DNA of 32,000 nt. It comes from Nitrosopumilus sp. (lineage in GTDB: Archaea; Thermoproteota; Nitrososphaeria; Nitrososphaerales; Nitrosopumilaceae). Each line of letters opens with the position of its first letter. The first letter of the stretch is position 1. Where the stretch lies: NCBI GenBank assembly GCA_963662625.1, contig OY759726.1:1537446-1569445 (forward strand). The letters are read 5' to 3'. Position numbers and translations under genes: made by a program. Below are positions 7,620-15,251 of this stretch, piece after piece. The notes under the pieces are model-generated. The model saw only the letters and a list, made by a program, of their open reading frames with translations. It searched no databases and had not been told where the DNA came from.

Positions 7620-8522
7620 ATGCCTGTGCTGCCCAAATACTGGCAACTCATGGTGCCGGTCTTGAGAATCTGCGCAAGCAGGCAAGAATGCCATCGACGC
7701 GAACTGCCGGGCATCCTCGCAGATCAATTCGGGCTGACAGACGAGGAACGCGGCCAGCTCAAACCCAGCGGAGGCCAGACATTGCTTGACAACAGGATCG
7801 GCTGGGCCGTATTCTACATGAAAAAGGCGGGCCTCGTGCGCAGCGAGAAGGGGGCCGTCTCCATAACCGACGAGGGTAGGAAGACGCTGGAAGAAAACCC
7901 GGAAGGCATTGACAGGAAATACCTGATGACAGTCCCCCGGTACCGGGAGTACCACGACAGCATGACGGGTAGGCGGGGAAAGCGCGCGGACGACGAGGGT
8001 GCCGAGATTTCAGAACAGACGCCTGAGGACATGCTCCGGTCCGGCCACGGGATGATCAGGCGAACCGTCGAAAGCGAACTGCTGGAGAAAATCAAGAAAA
8101 ACACGCCCAGCTTCTTTGAGACGCTGGTGCTGGAATTGATCAGAAAGATGGGGTACGGGATTGACCACAGGGTGCTGGGCAGAACCCGCGACGGCGGGAT
8201 CGACGGGGTCATCCGGGAGGACAGGCTCGGCTTCAACGAGATTTACTTTCAGGCAAAAAGATGGGATTCCACCGTCCCGATTCACCAAGTAAGGGACTTC
8301 GCGGGGGCTTTGCTGAGCAAAAAGTCCAAGAAGGGGATATTCATCACGTCGTCTGACTTCTCAAAGGACGCGTACGAGTTCGTGAAAACTATCGACTCGA
8401 AGATCATCCTAGTCAACGGGGACAAGCTTGCCGAGTACATGTATGAATGCGATCTGGGGGTCAGCGTGGAGGACGCCTTTGAGATAAAGAAGGTCGACGA
8501 GGATTACTTCTCAGACGGCTGA
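7620..8522 (+). CDS. mrr: Mrr-family type IV restriction endonuclease (Mrr_N winged helix + Mrr catalytic PD-(D/E)xK domain)
   Basis: 300-aa ORF. The N-terminal part (LPKYWQLMVPVLR..LLDNRIGWAVFYMKKAGLV) resembles the Mrr N-terminal wHTH. The C-terminal part has FETLVLELIRKMGYG, DGGIDGVI and EIYFQAKRW (D...QxK catalytic pattern), then KGIFITSSDFS. Confidence 0.85.
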   Translation: MPVLPKYWQLMVPVLRICASRQECHRRELPGILADQFGLTDEERGQLKPSGGQTLLDNRIGWAVFYMKKAGLVRSEKGAVSITDEGRKTLEENPEGIDRKYLMTVPRYREYHDSMTGRRGKRADDEGAEISEQTPEDMLRSGHGMIRRTVESELLEKIKKNTPSFFETLVLELIRKMGYGIDHRVLGRTRDGGIDGVIREDRLGFNEIYFQAKRWDSTVPIHQVRDFAGALLSKKSKKGIFITSSDFSKDAYEFVKTIDSKIILVNGDKLAEYMYECDLGVSVEDAFEIKKVDEDYFSDG

Positions 8523-8649
8523 CGCAAAGCGGGACTGGCCATCTCCCCGGCGTTCGGGGCACGCGCCCGGCGCCAGCGCCCCCGGGCTCCGGCCGCCCGC
8601 CATCGGGCAGCGGGCCCGGAACGCGCGCCGGGGCCGCGGCGCGCGCGGA

Positions 8650-9669
8650 TCATCCCCCTTCGGTTAGGTACTTGTCCACGTCTATGGCCGCCATGCAGCC
8701 GTACCCCGCGGCGGTGACCGCCTGCCGGTACGTCCTGTCGTGGACGTCCCCGGCCGCGAACACGCCCTCCACGCTGGTCCTGCTGCCCCCCTTCAGGGAG
8801 ACGTAGCCGTCGGCGTCGAGGTCTATCTGGTTCCTGAACAGGGCGGTGTTGGGCTCGTGGCCTATGGCGACGAACAGCCCGCCGACGTCCAGCGTCGCCT
8901 CCCGGCCCGTCTTGACGTTCCTGACGGTCGCCTGCCGCACCTTCTGGTCGCCACTGATCTCCGTCACCTCAGAGTCCCAGTGGAACCTCACCTTCTCGTT
9001 GCCAAACGCCCTCTCCTGCATCACCTTGCTGGCGCGCAGCTTGTCCCTCCTGTGCACCAGGTGGACCGCGGAGGCGAACTTCGTGAGGAACGTCGCCTCC
9101 TCTATGGCCGAGTCGCCGCCGCCCACCACCACCAGCTCCTGGTTCCTGAAGAACGGCCCGTCGCAGGTGGCGCAGTACGACACGCCCTTCCCGCCGAACT
9201 CCCGCTCCCCGTCGAGCCCCAGCTTCCTCGGGTTCGCGCCGGTGGCGATGATCACGGCCCTCCCCTCGTACTCCTCGGACGCGGTGAGGACCTTGAACGG
9301 CCTCATCCTAAAGTCCACGTTCACGGCCTCGTCGTCGACTATGGCGGCGCCCATCCTCTGGGTCTGCTTCCTCATCTCGGTCATCAGGTCCGGCCCCATG
9401 ATCCCGGCCTGGAAGCCCGGGTAGTTCTCGACCTCCGTCGTGTTGACCAGCTGGCCGCCTGGCAGTATCCCGGAGATTATCGCCGTGTCGTAGCCGGCCC
9501 TGGAGCAGTATATCCCGGCCGTGTACCCGGCCGGCCCGGCGCCGATCACCACCACGTCGAACCGGGTCTTCTTCTTCTCCGGCATCTTGGGGGGCTCCCC
9601 CTTCTCGTCCAGCGCCGACGCCGGCGGGCTAGCTGCCATCATCCCACGCGATCTCCGCCGTCCGAGCAT
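8650..9669 (-). CDS. trxB: Thioredoxin-disulfide reductase
   Basis: FDVVVIGAGPAGYTAG (FAD GxGxxG), redox-active CATCDG, VVVGGGDSAIEEA..HRRD (NADPH site), GLFVAIGHEPN, VFAAGDV. The ATG at 9669 abuts the stop of the upstream gene (9670). An alternative ATG at 9585 (MPEKKKTRFDVVVIG) would give a more typical N-terminus. Confidence 0.92.
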   Translation of the reverse strand: MLGRRRSRGMMAASPPASALDEKGEPPKMPEKKKTRFDVVVIGAGPAGYTAGIYCSRAGYDTAIISGILPGGQLVNTTEVENYPGFQAGIMGPDLMTEMRKQTQRMGAAIVDDEAVNVDFRMRPFKVLTASEEYEGRAVIIATGANPRKLGLDGEREFGGKGVSYCATCDGPFFRNQELVVVGGGDSAIEEATFLTKFASAVHLVHRRDKLRASKVMQERAFGNEKVRFHWDSEVTEISGDQKVRQATVRNVKTGREATLDVGGLFVAIGHEPNTALFRNQIDLDADGYVSLKGGSRTSVEGVFAAGDVHDRTYRQAVTAAGYGCMAAIDVDKYLTEGG

Positions 9670-10443
9670 TTAAGTCATTGTCAGCTCCCCCAGCTTCGCC
9701 CGGTGCCTCGCGCACAGGGCCCCGATCTCGAGCTGGGAGCGCAGCAGGTCCCTCTGCCAGTGGGAGTTGTACAGCCGGCAGTCGGGGTCGCCGCAGAACG
9801 CCTCCTGCGTCTCGTAGTAGAACAGGGCCTGCATGACGTACCCCTGCACCACCCCGGCAAGCCTCGGGTCGCGGCGCTCCAGGAACTCCCCCCTGAACCT
9901 CTCCCTGATCGCCTCCGCGTCCGCGCCGGTCCTGGCGCGCGCGGCCATCCCCAGGTAGTACGCCCTGGGCTTCGCCGGCGCCTCCACGATCCCCGTGGTG
10001 GATATCACCGACGGGTTGGACCCGATGACGGCCCTCCCGTGGTACCTGCCGTCGGACTCGTCGTAGGTGCACGTCATCTTTGCCGTGAACACCACGTGGA
10101 ACACGTCCTGGCCCAGCTCGTCCCGCGGGACGGCGCCCCCCAGCGCGCCCTGCAGCTCGAACCCGTCGTAGTAGGCGCCGCCGCCGGCCCCGGGATCCGA
10201 CGCGCAGAGCCTCTCGAACTCGACCTCCCCGGCAGACGGCTCGCGCCTCTCGAACGGGGAGCCGAGCCTGGATATCCTGGACGCGGCGACCCGGCGCAGC
10301 ACGCCCTCGCCGCACCCCCGCAGGATGGGGCCCCTCCTCTCGGCCGGCACCCCGAACGTCTCCTCCACGAACGCCGCCGCGCCGTCGAGGCATATCTCCG
10401 GGACCGCGGGCTCGTCGTAAAGTATGACCCTGGACGTCTTCAA
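9670..10443 (-). CDS. Conserved-looking hypothetical protein with C-terminal Cys/His motif, sandwiched between thi4 and trxB
   Basis: This is the C-terminal part of track ORF 9670..11310; the rest is a shadow of thi4. Likely TTG start at 10443 (MKTSRVILYDEPAV..). Notable stretches: YYDGFELQG, VVFTAKMTCTYDESDGRYHGRAVIGSNPSVISTTGIVEAPAKPRAYY, and C-terminal FCGDPDCRLYNSHW..LCARH. No HExxH motif. Confidence 0.6.
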   Translation of the reverse strand: MKTSRVILYDEPAVPEICLDGAAAFVEETFGVPAERRGPILRGCGEGVLRRVAASRISRLGSPFERREPSAGEVEFERLCASDPGAGGGAYYDGFELQGALGGAVPRDELGQDVFHVVFTAKMTCTYDESDGRYHGRAVIGSNPSVISTTGIVEAPAKPRAYYLGMAARARTGADAEAIRERFRGEFLERRDPRLAGVVQGYVMQALFYYETQEAFCGDPDCRLYNSHWQRDLLRSQLEIGALCARHRAKLGELTMT

Positions 10444-10466
10444 CGGCTGGCGTGCGGCGCCGCGGC

Positions 10467-11294
10467 TTATCTTTCTAGCTCTCTTACCTTCTCGGCCGCG
10501 ATCTCCGCGGCCTTCTTGCCGGAGAACAGCATGGAGCCGAACGTCGGCCCCATCCTGGCCAGCCCGTGGGTCTCGGTGACCGACATGCCCGCGGCCACCA
10601 GGCCCGGGTACACCTCGCCCGTCTTCGACACCACGTGCTCCTCGCCCTCGTCGACGTACATCGGGTTCATGCCCTTCCACTCCGCCAGGCCCCTGTCCAC
10701 GAGCCTCTTGACCGCCACCGAGTCGTGCCCCGACGCGTCGATGACCACCTTGGACTCGAACGCCACGGGGTCCACGCAGGTGATGTTCCTGGGCAGCGCC
10801 GACACCGGCATCCAGTTGACCACGATGCCCCTCACCCTGCCCCCCTTCAGGACCAGGTCGTCGAACTTCGTCAGGTTGAGGAACTTCACCCCGGCGTCGC
10901 AGGCCCCGGCGATGAGCTTCGAGACCGCGTGCGGGCCGGGGGTGAGGTACAGCCCCTCGCCGGCCTTCTTGTACGGCACGCCGAGCTCGTCCCAGATCTT
11001 CTGCGCCGGGTCCCTCACCGTCACCGGGTTCATCATGTACCCGCCGAGCCAGTAGCCTCCGCCGAGGTAGTTGTTCTGCTCGATCACGAGCACCTTGAAG
11101 CCCATGTTGGAGAGCTCCCTGCTCGCGGTCAGGCCGGCGGGGCCCGCCCCGATGATTATCACGTCGGACTCGGCCCTGTCCATGAGGACGGCGTGGAACT
11201 CGTCGGCTATCGCGCGGGTTATCTCCACCTCGCGGACGTCGGCGAACAGCTTTGCAGGCTTTTCGGCGACGGCTGCCTCTTGCATGCGTGCCAA
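10467..11294 (-). CDS. thi4: Thiamine thiazole synthase Thi4 (Cys-containing type)
   Basis: 275-aa ORF: DVIIIGAGPAGLTA (FAD/NAD fold), VLVIEQNNYLGGG, VIDASGHDS, GMSVTETHGLARMGPTFGSMLFSGKKAA. It contains ITCVDP, which aligns with the C-M-D-P active-site motif of eukaryotic Thi4. Confidence 0.92.
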   Translation of the reverse strand: MARMQEAAVAEKPAKLFADVREVEITRAIADEFHAVLMDRAESDVIIIGAGPAGLTASRELSNMGFKVLVIEQNNYLGGGYWLGGYMMNPVTVRDPAQKIWDELGVPYKKAGEGLYLTPGPHAVSKLIAGACDAGVKFLNLTKFDDLVLKGGRVRGIVVNWMPVSALPRNITCVDPVAFESKVVIDASGHDSVAVKRLVDRGLAEWKGMNPMYVDEGEEHVVSKTGEVYPGLVAAGMSVTETHGLARMGPTFGSMLFSGKKAAEIAAEKVRELER

Positions 11295-11332
11295 GGGCCG
11301 CCGAGCCCATTAATACTTTGTCACAAGGCGCG

Positions 11333-11368
11333 GGGGCCGGGGTTAGGATCCCCTAACCCGCCGGCCCC
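11333..11368. promoter_or_regulatory. Imperfect inverted repeat (ggggccggggttagg / cctaaccc-gc-cggcccc) in the divergent thi4-sir intergenic region
   Basis: The 15-nt left arm (11333-11347) is complementary to 11352-11368 apart from a 2-nt bulge, with a 4-nt centre. It lies between the TATA-like boxes of two divergent genes, so it is not a terminator. Candidate operator or RNA/DNA hairpin. Confidence 0.35.
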
Positions 11369-11378
11369 GCGTGAAAAA

Positions 11379-11385
11379 TTTATAA
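11379..11385 (+). promoter_or_regulatory. TATA-box-like element (tttataa) upstream of the sulfite reductase gene
   Basis: Sits inside gaaaaatttataaccaaaatc, about 30 bp upstream of the TTG at 11411 and about 70 bp upstream of the ATG at 11453. Confidence 0.35.
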
Positions 11386-11410
11386 CCAAAATCACGCCCC
11401 TTTCATTGTA

Positions 11411-13219
11411 TTGACCGTCCCCGATCTCGGGCAGTCCCGCCCCGACCCCGCCATGCCGAAGACCGACTGGTCCCGGGCCGAGGAGGCCGACAACTTTGCC
11501 CGCACCGTGAAGATGTTCCGCCAGGGCGGGTACGACGAGGACAGCTTCCGCAGGTTCAGGCTGCAGCACGGCGCGTACGGCACCAGGATGACCGGCGACT
11601 ACGCCATGGTGCGGATAAAGCTTCCCGCCGGCGAGGTGTACCCGCACCAGCTGGAGAAGATCGCCCAGCTCAGCGAGCAGTTCTCGATAGGCAGCGCCCA
11701 CGTCTCGACGCGCGAGAACGTCCAGCTGCACTGGGTGGTGCTCGAGGACGTCTCGGAGGTGTTCCGCGGCCTGGCCGAGGTCGGGCTCACGTCCAGGGAG
11801 GCGTGCGGGAACTCCGTGCGCAACGTGATGTGCAGCCCGCTGTCCGGCGTGTGCCGCGCCGAGGCGTTCGACTCCACGCCCTACGCGCTCGCCACCGCCA
11901 GGTTCTTCCTGAGGAACCCGATGGCGCAGAACCTGCCCCGGAAGTTCAAGTTCAACTTCACGTGCTGCGAGGAGCACGGCATGGCCAGGATGACCGACGT
12001 CGGACTGGTCCCCCACGTCGAGGGCGACGGCGGCGCCGCCCGGAGGGGGTTCAGGGTGTTCCTCGGCGGGGGGCTCGGGAACAAGTCCTTCGTGGGCCAC
12101 CAGCTGGAGGACTTTACCAGCGAGGACGACCTGCTGCACACGTCGATCGCCGTGCTGAGGATATTCGACAGGCTGGGCGACAGGAAGAACATGGCGCGCA
12201 ACAGGATGCGGTACCTCGTCCACGACATGGGGTGGGACAAGTTCCGGAACCTCGTGCTCAAGGAGCGGGCCATAGTCAGGGCGACGCAGTCGGTGGTGAC
12301 GCGGCTGTCCGTGGACCTGGAGCCGGCCGCGATAAGGAGGCCGGTCCGGGTGTCGGACGGGGGGCCGGCGGCCGCCCCCGACGGCTACGCCAGGTGGCTG
12401 CGGTCCAACACCGTCGAGCAGAGGCAGCCGGGCTACCGCTCGGCGTTCGTGGCGCTGGAGGCCGGCGACGTCACGGCGAGCCAGCTGGTGGCGCTCGCGG
12501 GGGCGGTGAGGGACTATTCCCACGAGGGCCGCGCCCGCACGGGCTTCAACCAGAACATCGCGCTGCGCCACGTCCACGAGGACGACCTGCCGGGCCTGTA
12601 CTCGGCGCTGCTGCGGGCCGGCCTGGCAAAGTCCGGCGCGCTGACGATGTCCTCGCCGATAGGCTGCTCGGGCACCACCTCGTGCAACCTGGCGCTGACC
12701 AACTCGCACCGGCTGGCGAAGGAAATCCAGCGCAAGTTCCTGGAGCTGAAGCTCGACGAGGACGGCGACCTGGACGGCTCCTCCATAAAGATAAGCGGGT
12801 GCCCCAACTCGTGCGGCCAGCACGGGATCGCCACGATCGGGTTCTTCGGCGGCGGCGCCAGGATGGGCAAGGACATGTACCCCAACTACCAGATGTCGCT
12901 CGGCGGGCGCTCCGACGGCGGCACGATGCTGGGCGTCACGTGCATGCGCGTGCCGGCAAAGAGGGTGATACCCGTGATACTGAAGATCATCGAGACGTTC
13001 AGGCAGAACAGGGGGGAGGGCGACACGCTCAGGGACTGGATCCACAGGGTCGTCACGGGCCACGAGGGCCCGCCGGTGGCGTCGGTGGCCGACCTCAAGG
13101 GGATCCTGGCGCCGCTCGCCGCCCCGCCGGCGATCGACGAGGATCCCGACTTTTACGCCGACTACGGCGCCGACACCAGCTACCACACGAAGACCGGAAA
13201 GGGCGAATGCGCGGCTTGA
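11411..13219 (+). CDS. sir: Sulfite (or nitrite) reductase hemoprotein, ferredoxin-dependent siroheme/[4Fe-4S] type
   Basis: 602-aa ORF with NIR_SIR ferredoxin-like and siroheme-binding halves. Cys clusters SREACGNSVRNVMCSP and GCPNSCGQHGIATIGF. Alternative start at ATG 11453 (MPKTDW..). Confidence 0.88.
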   Translation: MTVPDLGQSRPDPAMPKTDWSRAEEADNFARTVKMFRQGGYDEDSFRRFRLQHGAYGTRMTGDYAMVRIKLPAGEVYPHQLEKIAQLSEQFSIGSAHVSTRENVQLHWVVLEDVSEVFRGLAEVGLTSREACGNSVRNVMCSPLSGVCRAEAFDSTPYALATARFFLRNPMAQNLPRKFKFNFTCCEEHGMARMTDVGLVPHVEGDGGAARRGFRVFLGGGLGNKSFVGHQLEDFTSEDDLLHTSIAVLRIFDRLGDRKNMARNRMRYLVHDMGWDKFRNLVLKERAIVRATQSVVTRLSVDLEPAAIRRPVRVSDGGPAAAPDGYARWLRSNTVEQRQPGYRSAFVALEAGDVTASQLVALAGAVRDYSHEGRARTGFNQNIALRHVHEDDLPGLYSALLRAGLAKSGALTMSSPIGCSGTTSCNLALTNSHRLAKEIQRKFLELKLDEDGDLDGSSIKISGCPNSCGQHGIATIGFFGGGARMGKDMYPNYQMSLGGRSDGGTMLGVTCMRVPAKRVIPVILKIIETFRQNRGEGDTLRDWIHRVVTGHEGPPVASVADLKGILAPLAAPPAIDEDPDFYADYGADTSYHTKTGKGECAA

Positions 13220-14019
13220 GCCGGGGAATGACAGCCAAGCCCACCGCGGACGTCGACTCCGTGCGCTCCGCCGCGCGGGACGGGAGCGTGCGGGTGGTGG
13301 ACGTCAGGAGGGAGGATGACTACCGGCGCGGCCACATCCCCACCGCGGTGAACCTGCCGCTCGCGTCGCTGCTCGCCGACGACAGCACCGACAGCGTCCT
13401 GGGGATGGTCAACTCGGCGGGGATCGGCGACGAGACCCCGGTGGTGGTGTACGACGACACCTTCGGCGCGCTGGCGTCCAGGATGGCGTGGACGCTGGAG
13501 TACCTGGGGCACTCCGACGTCTCCCTGCTGGAGACCACGTACGGCCAGTGGAAGTCGCTCGGGCTGGAGAGCGACGACGCCGTCCCCGAAGTCAGGGAGG
13601 AGCGCCACTCCGTCAGCCTGCGGCCGGGCATACTGGCCACGCACGAGTACCTCGACTCGGCGAGGGCCCGGGACGGCGTCGTGCTGCTGGACAACAGGGA
13701 GAGGCTGAACTACCTCGAGCAGCACATACCCGGGGCGGTCAGCCTGCCGTACCGGACCCTGGCGTCGGCGGGCAGGGTGCTGCGCCCGCGGGCCGACATG
13801 AGGCGGCTGCTCGAGAACCGCGGGATAGGGCCGGGCTCCGAGGTGATCACCTACTGCGGCAGCGTCGGCACCCTGTCGGGGCTGGCGTACTACGCGCTGC
13901 GGCAGGCGGGGCTGCGCGACGTGAGGCTCTACGTGAGGTCCTTCAGGGAGTGGAAGGGCCTGGCAAAGCCCACGGCGAGGCAGGAGGACGCCAGCTACTG
14001 GGACCTGTCGGCCGAGTAG
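13207..14019 (+). CDS. Tandem-rhodanese sulfurtransferase (thiosulfate/3-mercaptopyruvate sulfurtransferase-like)
   Basis: Real gene is the tail of track ORF 11803..14019. It has two rhodanese modules (VVDVRREDDYRRGHIPTAVNLP.. and LLDNRERLNYLEQHIPGAVSLPY) and an active-site loop YCGSVGT. ATG 13207 overlaps the sir stop by 13 bp. ATG 13228 is the alternative start. Confidence 0.85.
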   Translation: MRGLSRGMTAKPTADVDSVRSAARDGSVRVVDVRREDDYRRGHIPTAVNLPLASLLADDSTDSVLGMVNSAGIGDETPVVVYDDTFGALASRMAWTLEYLGHSDVSLLETTYGQWKSLGLESDDAVPEVREERHSVSLRPGILATHEYLDSARARDGVVLLDNRERLNYLEQHIPGAVSLPYRTLASAGRVLRPRADMRRLLENRGIGPGSEVITYCGSVGTLSGLAYYALRQAGLRDVRLYVRSFREWKGLAKPTARQEDASYWDLSAE

Positions 14020-15135
14020 CTAGGATATCTGGCTGCGGAGCTTCTTCGTGATCGTCGCCTCCACGTCGTCGAAGAGGCCCAGCATCTTCTCCTTGTTCTC
14101 GACCAGGTAGTCCCTGCCGCGGTCCTTCAGCCTGATCTTCCACAGCCTGATCTCCCTGTGCTCGTCGAAGAACTGCTCGATCATCTGCTCGCCGGACCTC
14201 TTGGGCTCGATGAACTCGTCGAAGACCTCGATCGTCTTGTCCACGTCCTCCTCGGAGATGGCCTCCTTGACGGACTGGATCGCGTGGCTTATCTCCTTGA
14301 GGTTCTTGACGGGGGCCGGCAGCCTCTTCCGGGTGATCCCGAACAGGCCCTTCTTCTCCTTGCCGATCTTCTCGGCCACGTCGGGGGCCAGGTCGTACAC
14401 GGGGATCTTGCTCAGGCCGTCGCGCTTCTCGTTCTTCACGATCAGCCCCTTCTCGAGCAGCTTGTTCAGGGACCTGTCCACGTCTGCCTTGTCCAGGAAC
14501 GTGGTCCACACTATCGAGCCGATGCTGTGGTAGCCCTGCCTGACGGACTCCAGCACGACCACCTCCACTATCCTCTTGAAGCCCTCCTCGATCCTCACGT
14601 TTACAAAGTCCTTGTCCCTGATCGACTTCCTCGCGTTCTTCACGTCGATCTCTATGGAGCGCTTGAGCGCCTCGAGGGCCTCGGGCACCTGGTTGAGCAG
14701 CGACAGGTAGCAGGCCTTGTTGTACCACGCCATCCCGTAGGTCGGGTCCGACTCTATGGCCTTCTCCACTGCGTTGAGCGCCTTGGAGTGGTTCTTCTGC
14801 TCGTAGTGGACCAGGCCCTTGAGGTTCCAGGCCTCCGGGTTGGTCACGTCGATGTCGAGTATCCTGTCGTACACCTTCAGCGCGTCGTTGTGCTCGTCCA
14901 GGTGGAACCTCGCGTACCCCAGCTTCATCAGGGTCTCCACGCTGTCCGGGTCTATCCTCAGGGCCTGCTCGAAGACGGCCACCGCCTCCTCGAGCTTCTC
15001 GTCGGCCATGAGGTTGATGCCCTTCTTGAACAGCTTCTTGCGGTTATAGTCCGAGTCGACCAGGGACCGCTCTTCCTTCCCCCCCGCGGGCTCGGCCCCG
15101 GGTTCCTTTGGTTTTCTCTGAAACGGCTTCCTCAC
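14020..15135 (-). CDS. TPR-repeat protein with a central winged-helix-like segment
   Basis: 371-aa ORF, GTG start. The N-terminal half has about 4 TPR-like units (AVAVFEQALRIDPDSVETLMKLGYARF, ALKVYDRILDIDVTNPEAWNLKGLVHY, ALNAVEKAIESDPTYGMAWYNKACYL, ALEALKRSIEID). The middle reads ..RSLNKLLEKGLIVKNEKRDGLSKIPVYDL (wHTH-like). Confidence 0.8.
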   Translation of the reverse strand: MRKPFQRKPKEPGAEPAGGKEERSLVDSDYNRKKLFKKGINLMADEKLEEAVAVFEQALRIDPDSVETLMKLGYARFHLDEHNDALKVYDRILDIDVTNPEAWNLKGLVHYEQKNHSKALNAVEKAIESDPTYGMAWYNKACYLSLLNQVPEALEALKRSIEIDVKNARKSIRDKDFVNVRIEEGFKRIVEVVVLESVRQGYHSIGSIVWTTFLDKADVDRSLNKLLEKGLIVKNEKRDGLSKIPVYDLAPDVAEKIGKEKKGLFGITRKRLPAPVKNLKEISHAIQSVKEAISEEDVDKTIEVFDEFIEPKRSGEQMIEQFFDEHREIRLWKIRLKDRGRDYLVENKEKMLGLFDDVEATITKKLRSQIS

Positions 15136-15151
15136 TAGGTAAAAGCTGACG

Positions 15152-15167
15152 ATTTATCTAGATAAAT
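15152..15167. promoter_or_regulatory. Perfect 16-bp AT-rich palindrome ATTTATCTAGATAAAT; candidate bidirectional TATA element between the TPR gene and the collagen-like gene
   Basis: Self-complementary by inspection. Its centre lies about 25 bp upstream of the TPR GTG (15135), which fits leaderless spacing, and about 90-125 bp upstream of the collagen-like gene starts. Confidence 0.4.
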
Positions 15168-15251
15168 ACTATCCCCAACGGGTGCCTGCTGCCCGGGAGG
15201 CGGCCGCGCCTGCCCGGGGAGGGGCGGGGCGCCGGGACGGGGGGCGATCTG

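Noticed and set aside
8740-13186. Very long ORFs 8740..11055 (+, 771 aa), 9629..10393 (-), 10566..11414 (+), 11321..13186 (-, 621 aa) and 11803..13206 (+, the N-terminal part of a 738-aa ORF)
   Set aside because: All overlap trxB, the hypothetical gene, thi4 or sir in other frames. They have non-protein-like composition (runs of R, P, G, H, V) and no motifs.
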